Part shown: piece after piece, positions 1 through 8,262 of the stretch
Position numbering within the stretch: position 1 is the first letter of the stretch
Layout: each line of letters starts with the position of its first letter
Assembly: GCA_034366485.1 (NCBI GenBank)
Contig: JAXMMN010000434.1
Span: 1 to 25,576 of the forward strand
DNA: 25,576 bases
Direction of reading: 5' to 3'
Source of the DNA: Bdellovibrionales bacterium
Lineage (GTDB): Bacteria > Bdellovibrionota > Bdellovibrionia > Bdellovibrionales > JAMPXM01
Position numbers and translations under genes: made by a program
The notes under the pieces: generated by a model
The model's input: only the letters and a program-made list of their open reading frames with translations
What the model was told of the DNA's origin: nothing
Databases searched by the model: none

Positions 1-685
1 CCTCAGGACGAAATGGGGTGCCGTCTTCGTGCTCTAACTGCCAACCCAGTTCGTAAACAGCCTCGCCCTTCATCTGATCGGCAGTCACATCAAGGATTGT
101 CAGTGCCGATTGATTGAAATCGACAACTTGCCCACTCACTCGTTTGACCACAACACCTTCGCTCATGGCATCGAAAGCGACCTTTAACTTTTCGGACGAG
201 TTTCCAAGTTCGATCAGTGCAATCACTTGCCGACTGAGAAGCTTCATAGCGTCGATCTGATCTGCTGTGAACGAACGAGGTTTGGTATCAATGGCACACA
301 AGGTTCCCAGGCGAAAACCTTTGGACGAAATCAACGGGTAGCCGAGGTAGGACCGCACGTTTGCTTGGCCAGTGACGAGGGGGTTATCGAAAAACCGCTC
401 ATCCTTGGTCGCATCTTCGATAACAAGTGCGTTGTCCGCCAAGATTGCATGAGCACAAAAGGCAATGTCACGAGGAGTTTCCGTCGCTTCCAAGCCTTGT
501 TTGGATTTGAACCACTGACGATTGGTGTCGACAAGACTGACGAGCGTAACCGGCGTCACACAGATCATCTGCGCAAGTTTAGTGATGTCGTCGTAGCGTT
601 GGTCCGACGGTGTATCGAGAACCATGTGCTCGCAGAGATTCTTAATTCGATCGACTTCATTTTTGGGGATCGGCGCTCGCGTCAT
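1..685 (-). CDS. GAF + PAS sensor protein, 5' part only (runs off the left edge; probably a histidine kinase or diguanylate cyclase)
   Basis: Not in the ORF track; translated by hand from ATG at 685: MTRAPIPKNEVDRIKNLCEHMVLDTPSDQRYDDITKLAQMIC...SLVDTNRQWFKSKQGLEATETPRDIAFCAHAIL...DNPLVTG...YLGYPL...LGTLCAIDTKPR (classic N-terminal GAF), then PAS-like FDAMSEGVVV...VDFNQSALTILDV. Open for 228 codons to the window edge. Confidence 0.9.
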   Translation of the reverse strand, partial: MTRAPIPKNEVDRIKNLCEHMVLDTPSDQRYDDITKLAQMICVTPVTLVSLVDTNRQWFKSKQGLEATETPRDIAFCAHAILADNALVIEDATKDERFFDNPLVTGQANVRSYLGYPLISSKGFRLGTLCAIDTKPRSFTADQIDAMKLLSRQVIALIELGNSSEKLKVAFDAMSEGVVVKRVSGQVVDFNQSALTILDVTADQMKGEAVYELGWQLEHEDGTPFRPE

Positions 686-778
686 AGCAACTTATCGGGT
701 TACAGCGTGGTCCTGCTGAGCCCACTCTGAAGCCCCAAGATTGAATTAAGCGAAACTTAACCTACTGCCCACCAGGCG

Positions 779-2074
779 CTAGTGAACAAGCCTAAAACCC
801 TGCTCTTTGAGCTTTTGGTGCAGGACCTTGATCTGATCTTGATTCGACGTTTCGACCAAGAGATCGATTCTTGTCTCTCTTAAACCCAGTTCTGGGGAAA
901 CCCGGTCGTGGTAGACCTCCAGCACGTTGGCTCGTTCTGAGGCCATAACGGCTGTGATCCGGTGAAGGTTTCCAGGCAAGTCGTCAACAACGACGGCAAT
1001 TCTTGCCAGCCGATTTTCGTGGCGCAAACCACTTTCAATGACTCGCGACATGACGTTGAGATCTATATTGCCACCGCAAAGCACAACGGCCGTGTTGCCA
1101 GAAAGTGGAATTTTTCCCGCCATAACAGCCGCCAATCCTGCTGCTCCGGAACCTTCTGTCACTGTTTTCGCTTTTTCCAAAAGTGCAACAATCGCTGCCG
1201 CAATTTCGTTGTCGTTGACGTCCACAATTTCATCGACCAGCCGTCGAATGTGCGTGTTGAACATGATGGGGCTCGCGTTTTTTACAGCGATCCCTTCGGC
1301 AATTGTCGTGACACCTTTTCGCCGCGGACCATTTTCCAACGCCATTTTTTCGGCTTGCAGCGCTTCAAATGATTCGCCGGAAAAGAGGCGTTTCATCATG
1401 GGCGCTTGATCCGAAACGACGCCAATAATTCTAACACTTGGCTTAAGCGCCTTCGCTGCGATCGCCACACCACTGACAAGGCCCCCGCCGCCGATGGGGA
1501 TCACAATCGTGTCGACATTTGGCAAGTCTTCAAGAATTTCAAGACCAATGGTTCCCTGGCCGGCGATCACACGAGGATTGAGGTAGGGATGAACGAAGAT
1601 CCAACCTTTTTCCTTTTCCAGTTCTTGTGCGCGAGCGTAGGCATCATCATAAACTTCGCCATGAAGGATGACTTCGGCGCCGTGGGATCTCGTCGCATTT
1701 ATTTTCACAATGGGCGCTGTGGCAGGCATCACAATATGGGCTTTCGCGCCCACCACTTTCGCTCCATAAGCAACGCCCTGGGCGTGGTTCCCTGCGGAAC
1801 TAGCTACGATTCCTTTGGCTCGATCCGATTCAGAAAGCGCGAGCATCGTATTCAGCGCACCGCGAATTTTGAAGCTTCCCGTTAGCTGCTCATTTTCAAG
1901 TTTGATGTGAACTTTCGTTCCATCTGGTTGACCCTTGATTTTGAACGGAAGTTCGCGAAGAGGTGTGCGACGAACGCGATCTTGGATCATCGTGCGCGCG
2001 GCACGAATGTCTTCGATCGTTACTAACAAATTAAGAGCTGCATCGAGCGGTGTGTTCTGGAGTGTTTGCTTCAT
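779..2074 (-). CDS. ilvA: Threonine ammonia-lyase (threonine dehydratase) with a single C-terminal ACT domain
   Basis: PLP-lysine motif KLENEQLTGSFKIRGA, ASSAGNHAQGVA, PIGGGGL, EGSGAAG, CGGNID; C-terminal ACT-like VDDLPGNLHRIT...ANVLEVYHDR. The start could be a few codons later. The IlvA/TdcB subtype is not resolved. Confidence 0.92.
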   Translation of the reverse strand: MKQTLQNTPLDAALNLLVTIEDIRAARTMIQDRVRRTPLRELPFKIKGQPDGTKVHIKLENEQLTGSFKIRGALNTMLALSESDRAKGIVASSAGNHAQGVAYGAKVVGAKAHIVMPATAPIVKINATRSHGAEVILHGEVYDDAYARAQELEKEKGWIFVHPYLNPRVIAGQGTIGLEILEDLPNVDTIVIPIGGGGLVSGVAIAAKALKPSVRIIGVVSDQAPMMKRLFSGESFEALQAEKMALENGPRRKGVTTIAEGIAVKNASPIMFNTHIRRLVDEIVDVNDNEIAAAIVALLEKAKTVTEGSGAAGLAAVMAGKIPLSGNTAVVLCGGNIDLNVMSRVIESGLRHENRLARIAVVVDDLPGNLHRITAVMASERANVLEVYHDRVSPELGLRETRIDLLVETSNQDQIKVLHQKLKEQGFRLVH

Positions 2075-2121
2075 TGTTGGCCATAGTTCTCAAACCTGGC
2101 CAAGCGTCTGTCAACACACAC

Positions 2122-2412
2122 CTAGGCGCGAGGCACGAAGTTCCGCTCATTTGACGTTTGGGTGTCTGACCACCACTCGGCGATTCCAACAAGTGGTCGG
2201 TACTGCTTTAGGCTTGCGGGCAAGGGGCGACGAAGGAGCGCCCTCGGCGTCGTATCAGCAAAATAGAAAGGAGCAAATCGAGCGCCACATTGCGAGCACG
2301 CCTGAACTCGCTCACTCTTAGCTTCGTGAACTTCTCCGCAGCGATGGCACCGCCGAATCTGACTCCATTGGCCAGCCGAACGACTATCACTGCCCGATCC
2401 TGATCGACGCAT
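2122..2412 (-). CDS. Small Zn-ribbon protein (CHRC...CSQC), 96 aa, function unknown
   Basis: Two CxxC pairs, followed by FAPFYF and a terminal W-W. Start moved from 2463 to ATG 2412 because GAGGGAG lies just upstream. Confidence 0.7.
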   Translation of the reverse strand: MRRSGSGSDSRSAGQWSQIRRCHRCGEVHEAKSERVQACSQCGARFAPFYFADTTPRALLRRPLPASLKQYRPLVGIAEWWSDTQTSNERNFVPRA

Positions 2413-2428
2413 AAGAGCTCCCTCAAGT

Positions 2429-2461
2429 GAGTTCTCAAATCGAAAATCGATTTCGAGACTC
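2429..2461. other. Bulged hairpin (about 14 bp) flanked by 9-nt direct repeats CTCAAGTGA (2422-2430 and 2459-2467)
   Basis: GAGT(T)CTC-AAATCGA-AAA-TCGATTT-(C)GAG-ACTC, directly upstream of the RBS of the Zn-ribbon gene. Confidence 0.55.
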
Positions 2462-2500
2462 AAGTGACCATCACTCTTTAACAGTTCACCATCTGTGCCA

Positions 2501-2524
2501 CTCGCACTTCACAGTAAGTGCGAG
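2501..2524. other. Perfect 9-bp hairpin
   Basis: CTCGCACTT-cacagt-AAGTGCGAG. Confidence 0.55.
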
Positions 2525-2870
2525 GTACAACCGGTCGCTGTTCAACGAAAACTCTCATGCCCTGCTAAGCAGTTTCTCACACCTCCAAGAAAACTTCGAA
2601 TTTCCTTCCGCTGAAAACTCACAGTGGTACGACACGCAGCCATTGTGACGAAGAAGTTCGGTCTTCTGCCTTTCTTGAATCACATGTCCCCACAATTGCT
2701 TAACGCGCCGCGTAGTAAATTATGCATCCTGCTTGTCGAGGATTTGAACGGTCAAAATAGGACGAAAAGGCCCTCATTTTGAGAAGACTGAAAGTCGATG
2801 TGTCCGTGCTTTTTGCAACACTGCGTAGCGATTCCGTAGACAGTTATTCACCAGCGTTTCGGGAGACAAA

Positions 2871-4133
2871 ATGCTCAAAATGCCTCGGCCGTTCTTGAGT
2901 CCTATGAATCTGGCGTCACGCATTAAGGTGCCTACCGCGGCGCCAGTGACGACAATCGTCGGCACATCGGTCGGACACAAAAAGGCGATCTCCCTTCTCA
3001 CCCTCTCAAGCCTTGTTCTGCAGATCACATTTGGATCTATTGCTAAAGCTGATTTCGAGGTCACAGAGCGTACGATTTCACGTGCGGATGGAACGACGAA
3101 ACCCTTGGATCTCTCGCCTGAAACTATTCGCCGAGCCATTCGTTCGGCGGAGGCCGAACGCGCGGCGTTCTTTACGAACCAACCGGGCAGACTTCCCGGC
3201 ATCGATGGCCCCTGGGCAGCCGGGAGTGAACGCGCCCACAATGCAAGAGTTGCTGCCTTACGCGTGATAACAATCGACGCAAATGACAAAGCGACCTGTT
3301 TAAGAATCGCCCAGGAAATTGCCAACTCCGAACTTCGTCCTGCACGCCCAGAGGATGTGCTTGAAAATGCGCTAGGAAATCTGTGCAGCGATCCGAAGAA
3401 AAAAGGAAACCTCGCTCGCATCGTGGTCATGGAAAACCAAGATCCAAACGAATTCCAAGTAAACTTAGATGCGAGCTTTCTCACAAATACCGATCGCACG
3501 CTCGCCAATGACACGCGAAATCTCGCGCTCGGCATGGCCGGCACAATGGGCGTCCTGTGGGCCATGCCTGGAACTGTGACTGGTTGGGACAAAGAAAAAA
3601 TCAGCAGCAATCCGAACGGCATTTTCGCTGAGTACAAAGACAATATTCGACGTGGACCAGTGTGGGACAAGGACGATGGTTTTTTTAACTATGTCGCTCA
3701 CCCTGCGGCCGGTGCCGCCTATTACACGTTGTCTCGGCACAACGGCAAATCGCCTCTCGAGAGCTTTGGCTATTCGGTGGCTATGTCGACTTTCTTTTGG
3801 GAATACGGCTTCGAAGCATTCGCCGAAATTCCATCAATCCAAGACCTGATTATCACGCCAGTGATTGGCGCACTGTTAGGTGAAGTGGCCTATCAGTACG
3901 AACAGAAGATTCGAAACGACGGCGGCAAACTTATGGGATCAAAAGCCCTCGGTAGTGCTGCGATGATCGTCCTCAATCCAGCCGGCGCGCTTTCACAAGC
4001 GATCAATTCTGTTCTCGGTGCAAAAGTAATCAAAAGTGCAAAAGCCGATCTCGTGCTTAAGCGCTATAAGCCGGCCAACAACGAGCCCGGCCTTGAAACG
4101 ATGATTGGCATTCAGTTTAATTTCCGCTTCTAG
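2871..4133 (+). CDS. DUF3943-family exported/outer-membrane protein with an unrecognised N-terminal domain
   Basis: GGAG RBS; signal-like segment ending SIAKA; DUF3943-like core WDKDDGFFNYVAHPAAGAAYY...STFFWEYGFEAFAEIPSIQDLIITPVIGALLGE; C-terminal alternating IGIQFNFRF. Confidence 0.8.
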   Translation: MLKMPRPFLSPMNLASRIKVPTAAPVTTIVGTSVGHKKAISLLTLSSLVLQITFGSIAKADFEVTERTISRADGTTKPLDLSPETIRRAIRSAEAERAAFFTNQPGRLPGIDGPWAAGSERAHNARVAALRVITIDANDKATCLRIAQEIANSELRPARPEDVLENALGNLCSDPKKKGNLARIVVMENQDPNEFQVNLDASFLTNTDRTLANDTRNLALGMAGTMGVLWAMPGTVTGWDKEKISSNPNGIFAEYKDNIRRGPVWDKDDGFFNYVAHPAAGAAYYTLSRHNGKSPLESFGYSVAMSTFFWEYGFEAFAEIPSIQDLIITPVIGALLGEVAYQYEQKIRNDGGKLMGSKALGSAAMIVLNPAGALSQAINSVLGAKVIKSAKADLVLKRYKPANNEPGLETMIGIQFNFRF

Positions 4134-4175
4134 AGTCGATCTGCGGGATGCGATCCGCGAGGTCTAATTGGCTCT

Positions 4176-4970
4176 CTAATTGGTAAAGAGACCCGCAAAA
4201 CTAGCCGGCTCGAGCGATGCTCCACCAACCAGAAAACCATCGATATCGGGCATACCGCCGATGGCTTTTGCATTGTCGGGCTTCACGCTTCCGCCATAGA
4301 GAATCGAAATAGCTTGCGCCGTTTTCTCACCGAGTTCCGTCGTCAAAATTGCGCGGATGGCCTGATGAACTTCCGACGCTTGTTCGGGCGTAGCGACTTT
4401 GCCTGTACCGATGGCCCAAACAGGTTCGTATGCAATCACGAAGGCACTGCCAGAAACGATGGTCGTTTTGAGCGCTTCCACTTGCAGGATCGCAAGCAAT
4501 TGCCGACGAACGACTTCGATGGTTTTTCCGGCTTCTCGCTCAGCTAGCGTCTCGCCCACACACAACATTGGCGTCAATCCCGCTTGAAAACCAGCGGCAA
4601 CTTTTTTTGCTGTTTCTGAATCTGTTTCGCCAAACAGCGAACGTCGCTCACTGTGCCCAACGAGCAGCCATTCTGCGCCCATTTCTTTTGCCACGACCGT
4701 GGAATTTTCCCCAGTAAAGGCGCCCTTCATTTCCCAGTAAGCATTTTGAAGGCCCAGTTCTAAGGTCGCACTGCTGCTCTTGCGACTTGCTTCAAGCGAA
4801 GCTGAAAGCGTCAATGCAGGCACGAAGAAAACAATTTGTTTTTTCCCACCACTTCCCGACGCCCCGAGGCCGCCTTTTGGTAGGCGCCCAAGAAAATCCT
4901 GAAAGAAGCCAGCGGCCTCTTTCGGAGACTTGTTCAGCTTCCAGTTTGCAGCGTAAATAAAATGTCGCAT
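4176..4970 (-). CDS. tpiA: Triosephosphate isomerase
   Basis: AANWKLNK, VGHSERR, IAYEPVWAIGTG, LYGGSVKP, LVGGASL; RBS GAGGT. Confidence 0.98.
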   Translation of the reverse strand: MRHFIYAANWKLNKSPKEAAGFFQDFLGRLPKGGLGASGSGGKKQIVFFVPALTLSASLEASRKSSSATLELGLQNAYWEMKGAFTGENSTVVAKEMGAEWLLVGHSERRSLFGETDSETAKKVAAGFQAGLTPMLCVGETLAEREAGKTIEVVRRQLLAILQVEALKTTIVSGSAFVIAYEPVWAIGTGKVATPEQASEVHQAIRAILTTELGEKTAQAISILYGGSVKPDNAKAIGGMPDIDGFLVGGASLEPASFAGLFTN

Positions 4971-5023
4971 CCGCTACCTACCTCGATAAAAATTTAACTA
5001 AAAAGCGCACTCAAAGAATCAGT

Positions 5024-6298
5024 CTACAGCGTTGGCGCAGCAGATTCGCGGACGGAACGAAGCGCTTCAAGTCCGGGAAGCTTTGCTCCTTCAAGATACT
5101 CCAGCGATGCACCACCACCTGTAGAAATGTGGGTCATCTTATCGGCAAATCCAGAGGCTTCCGCCGCAGCAGCGGAGTCTCCGCCGCCAACAACCGATAT
5201 GCCGCCGGCGGCCGCTAAATCCGCAAGTGCTTGTGCGACACCGAACGAACCTTTAGCAAATTCTGGGCGCTCAAAAACTCCCATTGGTCCGTTCCAAAAG
5301 ACAGTTTTCGCTCGAGAAATTTCTTTCCTAAAAAGCTCCCGAGTCTTTGGACCAATATCGAGACCAAGTCGATCCTCAGGAATTGTCGGCGAATCGCACG
5401 TTTCAATTTTTGTCGGCGTCAAAAAGTCATCGGCAACAATGTGGTCGATTGGCAAAAGAACTTTTTTGCCGCGAACTTCAATTCGCTCCAACAATTCACG
5501 AGCAAATGCCAGGCGGTCTTTTTCAATTCGGGATTTTCCGACGCCATGGCCCTGTGCCGCGAGGAACGTGTACGCCATCGCGCCGCCAACCAAAAATGTG
5601 TCGATCGACTCAATCATGTTTTCGATGACCTTAATTTTATCGCTGACCTTCGCTCCACCCATGATTGCCACAAACGGTTTTTGTGGAGCCGCCATCAGCA
5701 TCGACAGATTTTCGACTTCTTTTTTAATCAGAAACCCGCAGCCGCGCTTTGCGATCAACCGAGGAAGCGCATCGATTGTCGAATGAGCACGATGAGACGC
5801 TCCAAACGCGTCGTTGATGTAAATATCGGTGTAGCTTGCAATGACATTTGCAAGTTCGGATGCGTTCTTTGTTTCGCCCTTGTCGAAGCGAACGTTTTCA
5901 AGAAGCAGAATTTGTTTTGGCTTCAAGCTTGGAAGAAGTGCCTTTGGCGCATCCGAGGTCGGCTCTTCGATCAAAATCACTTCGCAGCCAAGTAGCTCGC
6001 CAAGTCTTGCGGCAACTGGTTCGAGAGTAAACTTCGGGTGATCCGCTGGCGTTTCAGGGCGCCCCAAGTGAGAAGCGACAACAACCTTTGCGCCTTTTTC
6101 AATTGCGTAGCTCAAGGTCGGAATCGCAGCACGAATGCGCGTGTCGTCTGTGATTTCAAGCGAACCAGGTTCGCCCTTCATTGGTACGTTGAGATCAAGA
6201 CGAATGAAAACCCGTTGATCTTTGAGTTCAAAATCCTCAATCGACTTTATACCCTGAAGACCTGAAAACGTTTTTCCGAAACCCGCGCCCTTCGACAT
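5024..6298 (-). CDS. pgk: Phosphoglycerate kinase
   Basis: RLDLNVP, SHLGRP, LLENVRF, NDAFGASHRAH, GGAKVSDK, WNGPMGVFE, GGGDSAAA, HISTGGGASLEYLEG. Confidence 0.98.
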   Translation of the reverse strand: MSKGAGFGKTFSGLQGIKSIEDFELKDQRVFIRLDLNVPMKGEPGSLEITDDTRIRAAIPTLSYAIEKGAKVVVASHLGRPETPADHPKFTLEPVAARLGELLGCEVILIEEPTSDAPKALLPSLKPKQILLLENVRFDKGETKNASELANVIASYTDIYINDAFGASHRAHSTIDALPRLIAKRGCGFLIKKEVENLSMLMAAPQKPFVAIMGGAKVSDKIKVIENMIESIDTFLVGGAMAYTFLAAQGHGVGKSRIEKDRLAFARELLERIEVRGKKVLLPIDHIVADDFLTPTKIETCDSPTIPEDRLGLDIGPKTRELFRKEISRAKTVFWNGPMGVFERPEFAKGSFGVAQALADLAAAGGISVVGGGDSAAAAEASGFADKMTHISTGGGASLEYLEGAKLPGLEALRSVRESAAPTL

Positions 6299-6300
6299 TG

Positions 6301-7320
6301 TTAAAGACCCTTTGCTGCCATGTGGTTAACAAGATCAACAAGACGGGTCGAAAAACCAGTTTCGTTATCGTACCAAGAGAACACTTTCGCCATGCGAGTC
6401 CCCGACACCATTGTGCTTGGGAGGTCGACAATCGACGAGTAGCGATTACCGTTATAATCGACTGACACCAACGGAGCAGATTCGCAGTAAAGAACACCCT
6501 TCATCGATCCGGCAGCGGCTTCTTTCAGCGCTCCATTGATCGATTCAACAGTCATGTCCTTTTGCGATGTGAAAGTGAGATCTACGAGCGAGACGTTTTG
6601 CGTCGGTACGCGAACCGACGTGCCGTCAAGACGCCCCTTCAGTTCTGGCAACACTTCTGCAACGGCTTTCGCCGCACCAGTGGTCGTCGGAATCATCGAA
6701 GCCGACGCCGTTCGCGCACGTCGAAGATCCTTGTGTCCCGCATCCAACACCATCTGATCGTTCGTGAAAGAATGAATCGTTGTCATGAGGCCACGTTCAA
6801 TTCCAAACGTGTCGTTGAGAACTTTCGCAATCGGCGCCAAACAGTTTGTCGTGCACGAGGCATTGGAAACGATTTGGTGCTTTGCTGGATCGTAGGTGCC
6901 GTGGTTGATGCCGTAGACAAGAGTCGCGTCAGCGGCCTTTGCCGGCGCTGAAGCGATAATCTTTTTTGCCCCGCCCGCAATGTGCTTCAAAAGCTCTTCG
7001 CGCTTGTCGTTAAAAACGCCGGTGCAATCGATGACGATGTCAGCACCCCATTCTTTCCATGGAATCTGCGAAGGATCGCGTTGTGACGACAAGGGAATTT
7101 TCTTACCGTTGACGACAAGCTTCGCCGCGGTACCTTCGCCTTCAATTTTCACATCGCCCGGGAAAATTCCATGCGTTGAATCGTACTTCAAAAGGTGAGC
7201 CGCCTGCTGCGGACTTCCGAGGTCGTTGATTCCGACAAACTCGATGTTTTCAAATCCAACACGATACAAAACTCGACCGATGCGACCGAAACCATTGATA
7301 CCAACGCGAACTTTCGCCAT
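6301..7320 (-). CDS. gap: Type I glyceraldehyde-3-phosphate dehydrogenase
   Basis: GINGFGRIGR, SNASCTTNCLAP, HKDLRRAR, IPTTTGAAKAV, WYDNE; start reset to ATG 7320 (MAKVRVG) with RBS AAAGGT. Confidence 0.98.
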   Translation of the reverse strand: MAKVRVGINGFGRIGRVLYRVGFENIEFVGINDLGSPQQAAHLLKYDSTHGIFPGDVKIEGEGTAAKLVVNGKKIPLSSQRDPSQIPWKEWGADIVIDCTGVFNDKREELLKHIAGGAKKIIASAPAKAADATLVYGINHGTYDPAKHQIVSNASCTTNCLAPIAKVLNDTFGIERGLMTTIHSFTNDQMVLDAGHKDLRRARTASASMIPTTTGAAKAVAEVLPELKGRLDGTSVRVPTQNVSLVDLTFTSQKDMTVESINGALKEAAAGSMKGVLYCESAPLVSVDYNGNRYSSIVDLPSTMVSGTRMAKVFSWYDNETGFSTRLVDLVNHMAAKGL

Positions 7321-7363
7321 TTGAAATACCTTTCTCTGATCGTGAACTCTACAAGGGTTCCCG

Positions 7364-7392
7364 AACCTACTGCGCACGAGGTTTTACGGCAA
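7364..7392 (-). promoter_or_regulatory. Candidate sigma70 promoter for gap-pgk-tpiA
   Basis: Minus strand TTGCCG-N17-TAGGTT, about 45 nt upstream of the gap ATG. Confidence 0.5.
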
Positions 7393-7406
7393 GCAGAAGG
7401 TTCTGG

Positions 7407-8249
7407 TTAGTTGGCTGAATGGCTGTCTGGCCGCAGGCGCGGAAACAGCCGGTACGCGTTGGCCTTTGTGGCAAGCGAGAGGTCAATCAAGGAGAGCCCT
7501 TTTAGGTCGGCAACTGCCGCCGCTGTGTGCAAAACAAACTCTGGAAGGTTCGATCGCCCACGCATAGGCACTGGCGCTAAAAATGGAGCATCAGTTTCAA
7601 CGTGAATTCGATCGACCGGAATGAATCGAACAATCTCTCTTAACTGCTCCGCGTTTTTAAAGGTCACCACACCGCTGATAGAAATATCGAAGCCGCAATC
7701 AAGGGCCGACTTTGCGAGCTCCATGGAGGATGTGAAACAATGCAAAAGACCTTGAACTCGCCCTCGGTATTCTTCAAGAACGACGGCGCAATCGGCATCC
7801 GCGTCTCGCGTGTGAATTTCGACGGGAAGACCAAGTTCCAGCGCTAAATCCATTTGCTCGCGAAAGGCCTGAAGCTGCACTTCGCGCGGGCAATTGTTGT
7901 AATAGTAATCAAGCCCGATCTCGCCGACCGCAACTATGCCTCGCGCGCCAGGCCCCTGATAGGCAGCACGAATCCATTCGCCCACACCTTGATTCCAGAG
8001 TGAGGCTTCATGTGGATGAACGCCAAGGGTGCAGGCGACGCGCGGAAAATATTTCTGACTGAGCGCTAGCACGACGGGGTGATCGGCCGGTTCGGTGCCG
8101 ATCGTGATCACTTGGTCGACGCCAAGATCTTTCGCTACTGTGAGCGCGTCTTCAAACGGCGTTTTCAATTTATCAAGGTGCACATGCACGTCGATAAATG
8201 AAGGTTTCGTGGACAAAGTTTCAGTAGTTCGCGAGCCGTCGGCAGACAT
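7407..8249 (-). CDS. tatD: TatD-family (YcfH-like) metal-dependent DNase
   Basis: IDVHVHLD, GVHPH, VGEIGLDY, IHTR, LHCF, VETDAPFLAP; ATG 8249 lies 13 nt after the holB stop; conserved tmk-holB-ycfH order. Confidence 0.93.
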   Translation of the reverse strand: MSADGSRTTETLSTKPSFIDVHVHLDKLKTPFEDALTVAKDLGVDQVITIGTEPADHPVVLALSQKYFPRVACTLGVHPHEASLWNQGVGEWIRAAYQGPGARGIVAVGEIGLDYYYNNCPREVQLQAFREQMDLALELGLPVEIHTRDADADCAVVLEEYRGRVQGLLHCFTSSMELAKSALDCGFDISISGVVTFKNAEQLREIVRFIPVDRIHVETDAPFLAPVPMRGRSNLPEFVLHTAAAVADLKGLSLIDLSLATKANAYRLFPRLRPDSHSAN

Positions 8250-8262
8250 AGCAATTAGCTTA

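Noticed and set aside
500-520. GGTTCAAATCC tRNA T-loop-like string (a similar one near 2740-2752)
   Set aside because: No full T-stem or cloverleaf; the first encodes QWFKS in the GAF domain
227-730. 167-aa plus-strand ORF
   Set aside because: Antisense shadow of the GAF-PAS gene, which has clear domain motifs
686-760. CTTATC...TGAAGCCCC resemblance to a SAM-I riboswitch
   Set aside because: Core GAG-x-GG/GGAGGGA elements are missing and it is on the wrong strand for the adjacent gene
2031-2084. 17-aa out-of-frame uORF (MANNEANTPEHTARCSS) overlapping the ilvA start
   Set aside because: No Ile/Thr/Val/Leu codon run and no terminator/antiterminator, so not a credible attenuator peptide
2478-2684. 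Two tiny minus-strand ORFs (about 42 aa VIQERQKTELL... and 26 aa MRVFVEQRP...) linked by an ATGA overlap
   Set aside because: No convincing RBS or motif; expected by chance; would need ribosome profiling
2774-3670. 298-aa minus-strand ORF
   Set aside because: Lies antisense within the DUF3943 gene; Ser/Arg-rich with no motifs or RBS
4138-4183. Short hairpin GCGGGAT-GCG-ATCCGC and tandem CTAATTGG at the DUF3943/tpiA convergence
   Set aside because: Weak bulged stem with no U-tract; the 8-nt duplication simply repeats the tpiA end and stop codon; too weak to call a terminator or target-site duplication
5127-5995. 219-aa and 254-aa plus-strand ORFs
   Set aside because: Antisense shadows of pgk; long open antisense frames are expected from codon bias in conserved genes
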